A stretch of DNA of 64,000 bases from an uncultured beta proteobacterium. Lineage in GTDB: Bacteria; Pseudomonadota; Gammaproteobacteria; Burkholderiales; Casimicrobiaceae. The stretch spans positions 5,967 to 69,966 of the forward strand of contig CAVUOC010000006.1 of NCBI GenBank assembly GCA_963742965.1. The letters are read 5' to 3'. Position numbers and translations under genes: made by a program. A model generated the notes under the pieces. It searched no databases and had not been told where the DNA came from. It worked only from the letters and a program-made list of their open reading frames with translations. Positions 23,897 to 33,942 of this stretch are shown piece after piece; position 1 is the first letter of the stretch, and each line of letters starts with the position of its first letter.

Positions 23897-23911
23897 TGGC
23901 ATGGATCGTGC
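23897..23911 (+). promoter_or_regulatory. candidate sigma54 (-24/-12) promoter upstream of urtA
   Basis: TGGCATGGATCGTGC has GG and GC at the canonical spacing of TGGCAC-N5-TTGC, about 115 nt upstream of the urtA ATG. The -12 element is GTGC rather than TTGC. Motif match only. Confidence 0.3.
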
Positions 23912-24026
23912 GATGCAACATGCCAGGGCCGACGCGCGCCGGGATGTTGCGATATCCGCGTGTGCGCTCACGGCTCGTCAAGGGGCCGGTGCCGGCATCG
24001 TCCATTCAATGAATACGGGGAAATCC

Positions 24027-25295
24027 ATGGAACGCAGAAATGCTCTGAAGCGACTGGCGCTGTCCGCCGCGCTCGCCGTCGCGAGCCTGGGCGTCGCAAC
24101 GCAGGCGCTTGCCGCCGACACGATCAAGGTCGGCGTGCTTCATTCGCTGTCGGGCACGATGGCGATCAGCGAAACGGTGCTGAAGGACGTCACGCTGATG
24201 GCGATCGACGAGATCAACGCGAAAGGCGGCGTGATGGGCAAGAAGCTCGAAGCCGTCGTCGTCGATCCCGCGTCGAACTGGCCGCTCTTCGCCGAGAAGG
24301 CGCGGCAATTGATCTCGCAGGACAAGGTCGCCGTCGTGTTCGGCTGCTGGACGAGCGTTTCGCGCAAGTCGGTGCTGCCGGTGTTCGAGGAGCTCAACGG
24401 GCTTCTCTTCTATCCGGTCCAGTACGAGGGCGAGGAGCTCTCGAAGAACGTCTTCTACACGGGCGCGGCGCCGAACCAGCAGGCCATTCCCGCCGTCGAG
24501 TACCTGATGAGCAAGGAGGGCGGCGGCGCGAAGCGGTGGGTGCTGCTCGGCACCGACTACGTGTACCCGCGCACGACCAACAAGATCCTGCGCGCGTTCC
24601 TGAAGTCGAAGGGCGTGGCCGACAAGGACATCGACGAGAAGTACACGCCGTTCGGCCACAGCGACTACCAGACGATCGTCGCCGACATCAAGAAGTTCGC
24701 CGCGGGCGGCAAGACCGCCGTCGTCTCGACGATCAACGGCGACTCGAACGTGCCGTTCTACAAGGAGCTCGGCAACCAGGGGCTGAAGGCGACCGACGTG
24801 CCGGTCGTCGCGTTCTCGGTCGGCGAAGAAGAGCTCCGCGGCGTCGACACGAACCCGCTGGTGGGCCATCTCGCCGCGTGGAACTACTTCATGACGCTGA
24901 AGAACCCGGCGAACGACTCGTTCAAGAAGCAATGGGCGGCGTACGCGAAGGCGAAGAAGCTCCCCGGCGCCGACAAGCCTCTGACCAACGATCCGATGGA
25001 AGCGGCGTACGTCGGCATCAACATGTGGAAGCAGGCCGTCGAGAAGGCGAAGTCGACCGACACCGACAAGGTCGTCGCGGCGATGGCCGGCCAGAAGTTC
25101 ATGGCGCCGGACGGCTTCGAGATCAAGATGGACGAGAAGAACCACCACCTGTGGAAGCCCGTGTACATCGGCGAAGTGCAGAAGGACGGCCAGTTCAACG
25201 TCGTCTGGAAGACCAAAGGGCCGATCCGCGCGCAACCGTGGAGCCAGTTCATCGAAGGCAACGAGAAGAAGAAGGACGAGCCTGACAAGAAGTAA
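24027..25295 (+). CDS. urtA: urea ABC transporter substrate-binding protein UrtA
   Basis: ORF 23808..25295 from Met74: MERRNALKRLALSAALAVASLGVATQALAADTIKVGVLHSLSGTMAISE... ATG 24009 is an alternative start. Confidence 0.9.
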   Translation: MERRNALKRLALSAALAVASLGVATQALAADTIKVGVLHSLSGTMAISETVLKDVTLMAIDEINAKGGVMGKKLEAVVVDPASNWPLFAEKARQLISQDKVAVVFGCWTSVSRKSVLPVFEELNGLLFYPVQYEGEELSKNVFYTGAAPNQQAIPAVEYLMSKEGGGAKRWVLLGTDYVYPRTTNKILRAFLKSKGVADKDIDEKYTPFGHSDYQTIVADIKKFAAGGKTAVVSTINGDSNVPFYKELGNQGLKATDVPVVAFSVGEEELRGVDTNPLVGHLAAWNYFMTLKNPANDSFKKQWAAYAKAKKLPGADKPLTNDPMEAAYVGINMWKQAVEKAKSTDTDKVVAAMAGQKFMAPDGFEIKMDEKNHHLWKPVYIGEVQKDGQFNVVWKTKGPIRAQPWSQFIEGNEKKKDEPDKK

Positions 25296-25313
25296 CGGGG
25301 TGTTGGGGTAATC

Positions 25314-25361
25314 GGGCGGCGGCGGCGGTCCGTGATCACTCGCTGCCGCCGTCCCGTTTTT
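25314..25361 (+). terminator. GC-rich hairpin plus T-run between urtA and urtB (intrinsic terminator/attenuator)
   Basis: GGGCGGCGGCGGCGG..loop..CGCTGCCGCCGTCCC (about 13 bp stem with one bulge), followed by GTTTTTAG. Begins 19 nt after the urtA stop. Confidence 0.5.
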
Positions 25362-25386
25362 AGTCTCACGCATTGACGGCGGCCTC

Positions 25387-27012
25387 ATGCTTCCCTCCAC
25401 CGAACGCGCCCGTCGACTCGCAGGATTGGCGCTGACCTGCGTCTTCGCGGCGTTCTGCGCGGTCGCCGCGCAGGCGACACCGCCGGAGAAGATCCGCGAT
25501 CTCGCGTTCGGCGAGAACGACGCCAAGGTCGAGGCGATCGCGGCGCTCGTTGCCGAGGGCGACGACGGAGCGCTCGCGCTGCTGCAGGCGCTCTCCGACG
25601 GGGCGATCCAGACCTCCGGCGAGCAGGTTCTGAAGGTGAAGGACAAGACGGCGGTCGACGCGATCACGGGCAAGGCCGTCGATCCGGTTCCGCCGACACT
25701 CGACGACATCGTTCTCAACAATCGCGTGCGGCGCGAGCTCGCCACGGCCATTGCGGCGCTCAAGCTCACCTCGGCCGATCGCGCGACGCGCCTCGCCGCG
25801 GCGAAGGAGCTGCAGCGCGGCGCTGCCGAGGCGATGCTTCCCGCGATCCGCCGCGCGCAGGAGCGCGAGCAGGATCCCGAGATCAAGGGGCTGCTTGCGC
25901 TGGCGCGCTCGACGATCGAGCTCGGCAGCGACGACAAGTCGACGCGAATCGGCGCGATCAAGGCGCTCGCCGAAAGCCGCGACCCCAACACGAGGACGCT
26001 GCTGCTGCCGCTTCTCGAGAAGAAGGGGGCCGAGTTCGCCGAGGCCGACGGCGACGTGCGCGCCGAGGCGGAGCTCTCGCTGCGCTCGATCGAAAGCCGT
26101 CTCGCGACCGGCGAGATGGTCGGCCGCGTCTTCTCCGGCGTGAGTCTCGGCAGCATCCTGCTTCTTGCCGCGCTGGGCCTCGCGATCACCTACGGCCTGA
26201 TGGGCGTGATCAACATGGCGCACGGCGAGCTCATGATGATCGGCGCCTACGCGACCTACGTCGTCCAGAATCTGTTCCGCAGCTACGCGCCGGGCGCGTT
26301 CGATCTCTATCTCGTTGCCGCCGTGCCTGTCGCGTTCGCGTCCTCAGCGATCGTCGGCATGGCGCTCGAGCGCAGCGTGATCCGCTTCCTGTACGGGCGG
26401 CCGCTCGAGACGCTGCTCGCCACCTGGGGCATCAGTCTCATCCTGATCCAGGCGACACGCACGGTTTTCGGCGCGCAGAACGTGCAGGTCGAGAACCCCG
26501 GGTGGATGTCGGGCGGCGTCGAGCTCTTTTCGAACCTCGTGCTCCCGTACAGCCGAATCGTCATCATCGGCTTCGCGGCCGCGGTCGTCGCGCTCATCGC
26601 GCTGTTGCTGACACGCACGCGCCTCGGGCTCTTCGTTCGCGGCGTCACGCAGAACCGCCCGATGGCGAGCGCGCTCGGCGTGCCGACAGGGCGCGTCGAC
26701 ACGTACGCGTTCGGCCTCGGGTCGGGCATTGCCGGACTCGCCGGATGCGCGCTGTCGCAGATCGGAAACGTCGGTCCGGATCTCGGCCAGAGCTACATCG
26801 TCGACTCCTTCATGGTCGTCGTGCTCGGCGGCGTCGGGCAGCTCGCCGGAACCGTGTACGCGGCGATGGGCCTCGGCATCGCGAACAAGTTCCTCGAGGC
26901 GTGGTCGGGAGCGGTGCTCGCGAAGATCGCGATGCTCGTGTTCATCATCGTGTTCATCCAGAAGCGTCCGCAAGGGCTGTTCGCGCTCAAGGGCCGGATG
27001 GCGGACGCATGA
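25387..27012 (+). CDS. urtB: urea ABC transporter permease UrtB with long N-terminal periplasmic extension
   Basis: ORF 25387..27012, 541 aa: signal peptide, about 240-aa helical-repeat region, then a LivH-type permease (GVINMAHGELMMIGAY..). Confidence 0.9.
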   Translation: MLPSTERARRLAGLALTCVFAAFCAVAAQATPPEKIRDLAFGENDAKVEAIAALVAEGDDGALALLQALSDGAIQTSGEQVLKVKDKTAVDAITGKAVDPVPPTLDDIVLNNRVRRELATAIAALKLTSADRATRLAAAKELQRGAAEAMLPAIRRAQEREQDPEIKGLLALARSTIELGSDDKSTRIGAIKALAESRDPNTRTLLLPLLEKKGAEFAEADGDVRAEAELSLRSIESRLATGEMVGRVFSGVSLGSILLLAALGLAITYGLMGVINMAHGELMMIGAYATYVVQNLFRSYAPGAFDLYLVAAVPVAFASSAIVGMALERSVIRFLYGRPLETLLATWGISLILIQATRTVFGAQNVQVENPGWMSGGVELFSNLVLPYSRIVIIGFAAAVVALIALLLTRTRLGLFVRGVTQNRPMASALGVPTGRVDTYAFGLGSGIAGLAGCALSQIGNVGPDLGQSYIVDSFMVVVLGGVGQLAGTVYAAMGLGIANKFLEAWSGAVLAKIAMLVFIIVFIQKRPQGLFALKGRMADA

Positions 27013-27022
27013 TGTCGACGTT

Positions 27023-28153
27023 GTGAACGCTCCCTTGCCGCGCGAGCTCTCCGAGCAGATCCGTCCCGCTTTCGTCGCGCGTCGGCCCGCGCTGCTCTCG
27101 CGCGGCGGCTGGGCGATGCTGACCGCCGCCGTGTACGTGATCTTCGTGCTCGTGCCGGCCATGAACCTGTACCTGCCGGCGAGCCATCCGCTGCACCTGT
27201 CCGATTACTTCGTCTCGCTTGCCGGCAAGATCATGTGCTACGCGACCGTCGCGCTCGCGATGGACCTGATCTGGGGCTACACGGGCATCCTGTCGCTCGG
27301 GCACGGGCTCTTCTTCGCGCTCGGCGGCTACGCGATGGGGATGTACCTGATGCGCTCGATCGGCACCGCGGGCGTCTACCACAGCACGCTGCCCGACTTC
27401 ATGGTGTTTCTCGACTGGAAGGCCTACCCCTGGTACTGGAGCTTCACCGATCACTTCTGGTACGCGGCGATGCTCGTCGTGCTCGTGCCCGGCGTGCTCG
27501 CGTTCGTATTCGGGTATTTCGCGTTTCGCTCGCGAATCAAGGGCGTCTACTTCTCGATCATCACGCAGGCGCTCACGTACGCGTTCATGCTGCTGTTCTT
27601 CCGCAACGACACGGGCTTCGGCGGCAACAACGGATTCACCGACTTCAAGGAGATCCTGGGCTACCCGATCGCGACGCCGAAGACGCGGATGGCGCTTTTC
27701 GCGGCGACGGGCGCGGTGCTGCTCGCGACGTTTCTCCTCGGGCGCTACATCGTGACCTCGAAGCTCGGGCGCGTGCTGATGGCGATCCGCGATGCCGAGA
27801 GCCGCGTGATGTTCTGCGGCTACAACCCGCTCTCGTACAAGCTCTTCATCTGGACCCTCTCCGCGGTCCTGTGCGGGATCGCCGGCGCGCTCTACGTGCC
27901 GCAGGTCGGGATCATCAATCCCAGCGAGATGTCTCCGGCCAACTCGATCGAGATCGCGATCTGGACCGCCGTGGGCGGACGCGGCACGCTGATCGGCCCG
28001 ATTCTCGGCGCATTCATCGTCAACGGCGCGAAGAGCTGGTTCACCGTCGCGTTTCCGGAGTTCTGGCTGTTCTTCCTCGGGTTGATGTTCATCCTCGTCA
28101 CGCTGTTGCTGCCGCAAGGCGTGATCGGTTTGCTGCAGCGCAAGCGGCGATGA
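27023..28153 (+). CDS. urtC: urea ABC transporter permease UrtC
   Basis: Frame of ORF 26729..28153. GTG at 27023 is the first start after the urtB stop. LivM-type permease (DLIWGYTGILSLGHGLFFALGGY). Confidence 0.85.
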   Translation: MNAPLPRELSEQIRPAFVARRPALLSRGGWAMLTAAVYVIFVLVPAMNLYLPASHPLHLSDYFVSLAGKIMCYATVALAMDLIWGYTGILSLGHGLFFALGGYAMGMYLMRSIGTAGVYHSTLPDFMVFLDWKAYPWYWSFTDHFWYAAMLVVLVPGVLAFVFGYFAFRSRIKGVYFSIITQALTYAFMLLFFRNDTGFGGNNGFTDFKEILGYPIATPKTRMALFAATGAVLLATFLLGRYIVTSKLGRVLMAIRDAESRVMFCGYNPLSYKLFIWTLSAVLCGIAGALYVPQVGIINPSEMSPANSIEIAIWTAVGGRGTLIGPILGAFIVNGAKSWFTVAFPEFWLFFLGLMFILVTLLLPQGVIGLLQRKRR

Positions 28154-28193
28154 TGTACCCGCATGCTTGCGGCTTTCGCCGCCGGGCACCACG

Positions 28194-29025
28194 ATGAGCG
28201 ATACCGCGCTGCACACCGTCGACGGCGGCTCGTCGGGACTCGCGCAGGCGGGCATGCGGATCGCGGGCCCGAACGTCGACACGACGCACGGCCCGATCCT
28301 CTACCTCGAAGGGATCACCGTCGCCTTCGACGGCTTCAAGGCGCTGAACGACCTGTCGCTCACCATCGAGGACGGCGAGTTGCGCTGCATCATCGGCCCG
28401 AACGGCGCGGGGAAGACGACGATGATGGACGTGATCACCGGCAAGACGCGGCCGGATTCCGGATCCGCGTTCTTCGGCCAGACGATCGATCTTGTCGCAG
28501 CTCACCGAAGCCGAGATCGCCCACGCGGGCATCGGCCGCAAGTTTCAGAAGCCCACGGTGTTCGAGCGGCACACGGTGTTCGAGAACCTCGAGCTCGCGA
28601 TGAAGGCCGACAAGCGCGTGCGCGCGACCATCAATGCGCGTCCACGCCGCGCCGAGCTCGACCGGATCGGCGAAGTTCTCGCGCTGATCCAGCTCGCCGC
28701 CGAAGCCGATCGGCCGGCGGGCTCGCTGTCGCACGGGCAAAAGCAGTGGCTCGAGATCGGCATGCTGCTGATGCAGGAGCCGCGCCTGCTGCTGCTCGAC
28801 GAGCCGGTCGCCGGGATGACCGACGAGGAGACGATGCGCACGGCGGAGCTGTGCATGTCGCTCGCGGGACGGCATTCGGTCGTCGTCGTCGAGCACGACA
28901 TGGACTTCATCGCGCGGATCGCGCGCACGGTGACGGTGCTCCACGAAGGCAGCGTGCTCGCCGAGGGCCCGATGGACGTCGTGCAGGCGGATCCGCGCGT
29001 GATCGAAGTCTATCTCGGGCGCTGA
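28194..29025 (+). pseudogene. urtD: urea ABC transporter ATP-binding protein UrtD, one frame break
   Basis: ORF 28167.. from Met10 (..GPNGAGKTTMMDVITGKTRPDSGSAFFGQTIDL) continues in ORF 28492..29025 (SQLTEAEIAHAGIGRKFQKPTVF..LSHGQKQWLEIGMLL..LLLDEP). One extra base near 28493 (GATCTTGTCG). Confidence 0.85.
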
Positions 29026-29038
29026 ACCGGATCCGGTC

Positions 29039-29731
29039 ATGCTGAGCGTCGCCGCACTCAACCAGTACTACGGCAGCAGCCACACGCTGCGCAACGTCGC
29101 GTTCGAGGCGCCGACCGGCGCGGTCACCGTGGTGCTCGGCCGCAACGGCGTCGGCAAGACGACGCTGCTCAAGTGCCTCGCGGGGCTGCTGCCCGTGCGC
29201 TCCGGCGCGATCCGGTTCGACGGCACCGACGTCACGAAGGCGCCGGCGCATGCGCGCGCGCGTCTCGGCATGGGCTACGCGCCGCAGGGACGCGAGATCT
29301 TCCCGCGCCTCACCGTCGAAGAGAACCTCAAGCTCGGCCTCGCGACCAAGGCGCCCGGCACGCCGATCCCGCAGCGCATCTTCGAGATGTTCCCGGTGCT
29401 CGCCGAGATGCTGCATCGGCGCGGCGGCGATCTCTCGGGCGGCCAGCAGCAGCAGCTCGCGATCGGACGCGCGCTCGCGGCGGGGCCGAAGCTCCTCGTG
29501 CTGGACGAGCCGACCGAGGGCATCCAGCCGTCGATCATCAAGGACATCGAGCGCGCGATCCGGCGCCTTGCCGCCGAGGGCGGAATGGCGATCCTGCTCG
29601 TCGAGCAGTACTACGATTTCGCGCGCTCGCTCGCCGATCGCTACGTCGTGCTCTCGCGCGGCGAGGTGATCAAGGCGGGCAAGGGCGCAGACATGGACGC
29701 GGACGGCGTTCGCGCCTGCCTGACGGTGTGA
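29039..29731 (+). CDS. urtE: urea ABC transporter ATP-binding protein UrtE
   Basis: ORF 29039..29731, 230 aa: GRNGVGKTTLLK, LSGGQQQQLAIGRAL, LVLDEP. Confidence 0.9.
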   Translation: MLSVAALNQYYGSSHTLRNVAFEAPTGAVTVVLGRNGVGKTTLLKCLAGLLPVRSGAIRFDGTDVTKAPAHARARLGMGYAPQGREIFPRLTVEENLKLGLATKAPGTPIPQRIFEMFPVLAEMLHRRGGDLSGGQQQQLAIGRALAAGPKLLVLDEPTEGIQPSIIKDIERAIRRLAAEGGMAILLVEQYYDFARSLADRYVVLSRGEVIKAGKGADMDADGVRACLTV

Positions 29732-29778
29732 GCTGACGCGCGGAGGCCGCCGGGCGGGGTGCTAGACTTTCCCTCCCG

Positions 29779-30718
29779 ATGAAGAACGACACCCGTCCCG
29801 TCGTCGTCCGCGAAGTCGGCCTGCGCGATGGCCTGCAGAGCATCGCGCGCGTGCTGCCGACCGCGCAGAAGCTCGAATGGATTCGCGATGCCCACGCGGC
29901 CGGGCAGCGCGAGATCGAAGTCGGCTCGTTCGTCCCCGCGCGGCTCCTGCCGCAGCTCGCCGACACCGCCGAGCTCGTTGCCTTTGCGAAGACGCTGCCC
30001 GGGCTTTGCGTCTCGGTGCTCGTGCCGAACCTGAAGGGCGCGGAGCGCGCGATCGAAACCGGCGCCGACCTGATGCTGCTGCCGCTCTCCGCGAGCCACG
30101 CGCACAGCCTCGCCAATCTGCGCAAGGCGCCCGATGACGTCGTTCGCGAGATCGCGAGCGATCCGCGCGGCGCGCGACGCGGCCGGCTCGCGCTGCCTGA
30201 TCGAGGTCGGCATCAGCACCGCGTTCGGCTGCACGATTCAGGGCAAAGTCGAGCCCGAAGAAGTGCTGCGGCTGCTGCGGGCGGTGATCGACGCGGGCGT
30301 CGATCGCGTGGGGCTCGCCGACACCGTCGGCTATGCCGATCCGGCGATGGTGCGCGATCTGTTCGAGCGCGCGGCGCTCGTCGCGGGCGAGCGCCTCGGA
30401 TGCGGGCACTTCCACGACACGCGCGGACTCGGAATCGCCAACGTCTTCGCGGCGTGGCAGACGGGTGTTCGCCGGTTCGACGCGTGCATCGCCGGCATCG
30501 GCGGCTGCCCGCACGCGCCCGGGGCGAGCGGCAACGTCGCGACCGAGGACGTCGTCTACCTCTTCGCCAGCATGGGCGTGCCGACGGGCCAGGACTTCGA
30601 CCGGCTGATCGCGCTGCGTGCCAAGGTTGCGGCGTGGCTCGAGGGCGAGGAGCTGCACGGCACCATCTGGCGCGCCGGCCTGCCGAAGACGATGCTCGCG
30701 CCGACCGCGGCGCGTTGA
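29779..30718 (+). pseudogene. hydroxymethylglutaryl-CoA lyase family (HMGL-like) protein, one frame break
   Basis: ORF 29779.. (VVVREVGLRDGLQS..EIEVGSFV..) continues in ORF 30134..30718 (..IEVGISTAFGC..HFHDTRGLGIANV..GGCPHAPGASGNVATEDVVYL). One extra base near 30157. Confidence 0.75.
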
Positions 30719-30758
30719 CCGCGCGCGCCTGCGATGAACCGCGACCGCCACTGCTTCG

Positions 30759-31963
30759 TTGCCGCTTGCCGGCGTGCGCGTCGTCGAGTTCACGCACATG
30801 GTGATGGGGCCGACCTGCGGGATGATGCTCGCCGATCTCGGCGCCGAAGTGATCAAGGTCGAGCCGATCGACGGCGACCGCACGCGCCGGCTGCTCGGCG
30901 CGGGCGCCGGCTTCTTCCCGATGTTCAATCGCAACAAGAAGAGCATCCTGATCGACCTGCGTGTTCCGGCCGGCGCCGAAGCGGCGCGGCGGCTGTGCGC
31001 GAGCGCCGACGTCGTCGCCGAAAACTTCAAGCCGGGGACGATGAGCAAATACGGCCTCGACTACGCGGCGCTCGCCGAGTCGAACCCGCGGCTGATCTAC
31101 GTGACGTGCAAGGGCTTCTGCCGGGCCCGTACGACAACCGGACCGCGCTCGACGAAGTCGTGCAGATGATGGGCGGCCTCGCGTACATGACCGGCCGGCC
31201 CGGCGATCCGCTGCGTGCCGGAACCAGCGTCAACGACATCATGGGCGGGCTCTTCGGCGCGATCGGTGCGTTGTCGGCGCTGATCCAGCGCGGCGTCACC
31301 GGGCGCGGGATGGAAGTGCAGTCGGCGCTCTTCGAGAACAACGTGTTCCTGATGGGTCAGCACATGCTGCAGTTCGCGATGACCGGCAAGCACCCGGCGC
31401 CGATGCCCGCGCGCGACAACCCGTGGGCCGTCTACGACGTGTTCACGGTGAAGGACGGCGAGCAGATCTTCCTGGCCGCAGTGAGCGATGCGCAATGGGT
31501 GACGTTCTGCGACGCGCTCGGCTTCGAAGACCTCAAGAGCGATCCCGCGCTCGCGACCAACAACCAGCGCGTGAGCGTGCGTCCGACGCTCCTCGCGACG
31601 CTGCGCGAGCGCCTCGCCGGAAGGCGCGCCGACGAGCTCGCCGAGCTGTTCGAGAAGGCCGGTCTTCCCTTTGCGCCGATCAGGAAGCCCGAGGACCTGT
31701 ACGACGATCCGCATCTCAATGCGACCGGAGGTCTCGCCGACGTGCGCCTTCCCGACGGCGACAAGGCGGGCACCACGGTGAAGACGACGCTCTTTCCGAT
31801 CACCCTCGAAGGCCGCCGGCTGGGCGTGCGGATCGATCCGCCGACGATGGGCGAGCACACGCGCGAGCTGCTGGCGGCGATCGGGTATTCGTCGGACGAC
31901 GTCGACGACCTCGATCGCGCAAGCCGCCGTCGCATGAGCGCGGGCCTGGATCGATCGATATGA
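30759..31963 (+). pseudogene. family III (CaiB/BaiF) acyl-CoA transferase, one frame break
   Basis: ORF 30759..31169 (PLAGVRVVEFTHMVMGPTCGMMLADLGAEVIKVEP..) continues in the frame of ORF 30734..31963 (LPGPYDNRTALDEVVQMMGGLAYMTG..). One base is missing near 31119 (GGCTTCTGCCG). Start is TTG 30759, or ATG 30734 if one A of ATGAAC is spurious. Confidence 0.75.
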
Positions 31964-31974
31964 AGGAGAATCGC

Positions 31975-32980
31975 ATGACCTTGCATTTGCATTCACGCGC
32001 GGCGCGCGCCGCGCTGACGGGCGCGCGCGCAGCGCTCGCTCGCGGCGATCGCGCTGCATCCGGCGAGCTCGCTGCATGCGCAGATCGGCGACCGCGCGGT
32101 GAAGTTCATCCTGCCGGTCGCGACCGCATCGGGGGTCGACACGATCACGCGCGCGGCGTCGCCGGCGCTCTCCAAGGCGCTCGGGCATCCGGTGATCGTC
32201 GACAATCAGCCGGGCGCCGGCGGCATCGTCGGCACCTCCGCGCTCGTCAAGTCGCCGCCGGACGGATTCACGCTCTCCATCGTGTCGAACAACCACGTGA
32301 TCTATCCGAGCGTCTACAAGTCGGTTCCGTTCGACCCGATCGCCGACATCACGCCGATCGCGGTCATCGGCTCGACGCCGATCGTCATCGTCGTCAATCC
32401 GGCGAAGGTTCCGGCGAAGGACGTCAAGGAGCTCGTCGCGCTGCTCAAGGCGAAGCCGGGCGGCTACAACTATGGATCGTCCGGCAACGGGACGATCCTC
32501 CATCTCGCTGCGGAAATGTTCTTCGACGAAGCCGGCGTCAAGGCGACGCACGTGCCGTACAAAGGCGTGGGGCCGATGCTGACCGATTTGATCGGCGGCC
32601 AGGTCGACATCGGCGCGCTGTCGCTGCCGTCGGTCCAGCAGCATCTGAAGAACGGGACGCTGCGCGCGATCGGCGTGGGGACGGCGAAGCGCCTTGCCGC
32701 CGCGCCGGAGATTCCGACGATGGTCGAGCAGGGATTGCCGAACTACCTCGTCGAGGGCTGGTTCGCCGTCATCGGCCCGGCGAAGCTGCCGCCTGCCGAC
32801 GTCGCGCGCATCAACGCCGCGTTCGTCACGGCGTTCGGCACGCCCGAAGTCCGCGAAACGATGGCGAAGCAGGGGAACACGATCAACGTCAGCACGCCCG
32901 AGTACGCGGCGCAATTCTTCCGCTCCGAGCTGGCGAAGTACGCGACGCTCGTCAAGAAGGCGGGCGTCGAGCTGCAGTGA
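31975..32980 (+). pseudogene. Bug family (TctC-like) tripartite tricarboxylate transporter substrate-binding protein; frame break inside the signal peptide
   Basis: ATG 31975 after AAGGAGA. Leader MTLHLHSRAARAALTGA.. then shifts into ORF 32099..32980 (..LAAIALHPASSLHAQ..KFILPVATASGVDTITR..YKGVGPMLTDLIGGQVD). Confidence 0.75.
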
Positions 32981-33009
32981 CGCGATGAGCGACCCGGGCA
33001 GCCGCCGGA

Positions 33010-33902
33010 TCAGGCCTTCTGGCCGATCTCGAAATTCGCCATCATCTCCAGCGCGCGGACCATGCCGGAGTGGTCCCACGCCTTGCCGCCGTGCGCGGCG
33101 CAGGCATTGAAGAGCTCCTGCGCGGTCGCGGTGTTCGGCAGGCTCACGCCCATCTTGCGCGCCGCGGTCAGCGCGAGGTTCAGGTCCTTCTGGTGCAGCT
33201 CGATGCGGAAGCCGGGATCGAACGTGCGCTTGACCATCCGCTCGCCGTGCACCTCGAGGATCCGCGACGACGCGAAGCCGCCCATCAGCGCCTGGCGCAC
33301 CGGCCGGGTCGGCGCCGGCCTTCGACGCGAACAGCAGCGCCTCGCCGACCGCTTCGATCGTCAGCGCGACGATGATCTGGTTGGCGACCTTGCAGGTCTG
33401 GCCGTCGCCGTTGCCGCCGACCAGCGTGATGTTCTTGCCCATGAGCTCGAACAGCGGCTTGACCTTCTCGAACGCCGCCTCGCTGCCGCCGACCATGATG
33501 GTGAGCGACGCCGCCTTGGCGCCGACCTCGCCGCCCGAGACCGGCGCATCGAGGTAGTCGCAGCCGAGCTCGTTGATGCGCTTCGCGAACTCCTTGGTCT
33601 CGATCGGCGAGATCGAGCTCATGTCGACGACGATCTTGCCCGGCGACAGGCCCGCGGCGACGCCGTCGTCGCCGAACAGCACCGCCTCGACGTCCGGCGT
33701 GTCCGGCACCATCGTGATGATGATCTCGGCTCTTCTCGGCGACCTCCTTGCCGCTCTGGCAGACTTTGCGCGCCCGCCTGCGTCGAGCTCGTCCGGGATC
33801 GCTGCCGACGTCGAGCACGAAGAGCGTGTGGCCGCCGGCTTGCAGATGGCCCGCCATGGGCGCGCCCATGATGCCGAGGCCGATGAATCCGACTTTGCTC
33901 AT
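33010..33902 (-). pseudogene. glxR: 2-hydroxy-3-oxopropionate (tartronate semialdehyde) reductase, about 4 frame breaks
   Basis: MSKVGFIGLGIMGAPMAGHL.. (frame of 33285..34562), ..EIIITMVPDTPDVEAVLFG..MSSISPIETKEF..GGNGDGQTCKVANQIIVAL.. (frame of 31097..33712), ..RQALMGGFASSRILEVHGERM.. (ORF 33010..33300). Near-colinear with E. coli GlxR from memory. Confidence 0.8.
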
Positions 33903-33942
33903 GGCTGCACTCTCCTTCGATGTCCGGTTGATGGCCGCGCGT

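Noticed and set aside
31097-33712. 871-aa minus-strand ORF
   Set aside because: Only its first roughly 135 residues (glxR segment) are meaningful. The rest is the antisense of the Bug and CoA-transferase genes.
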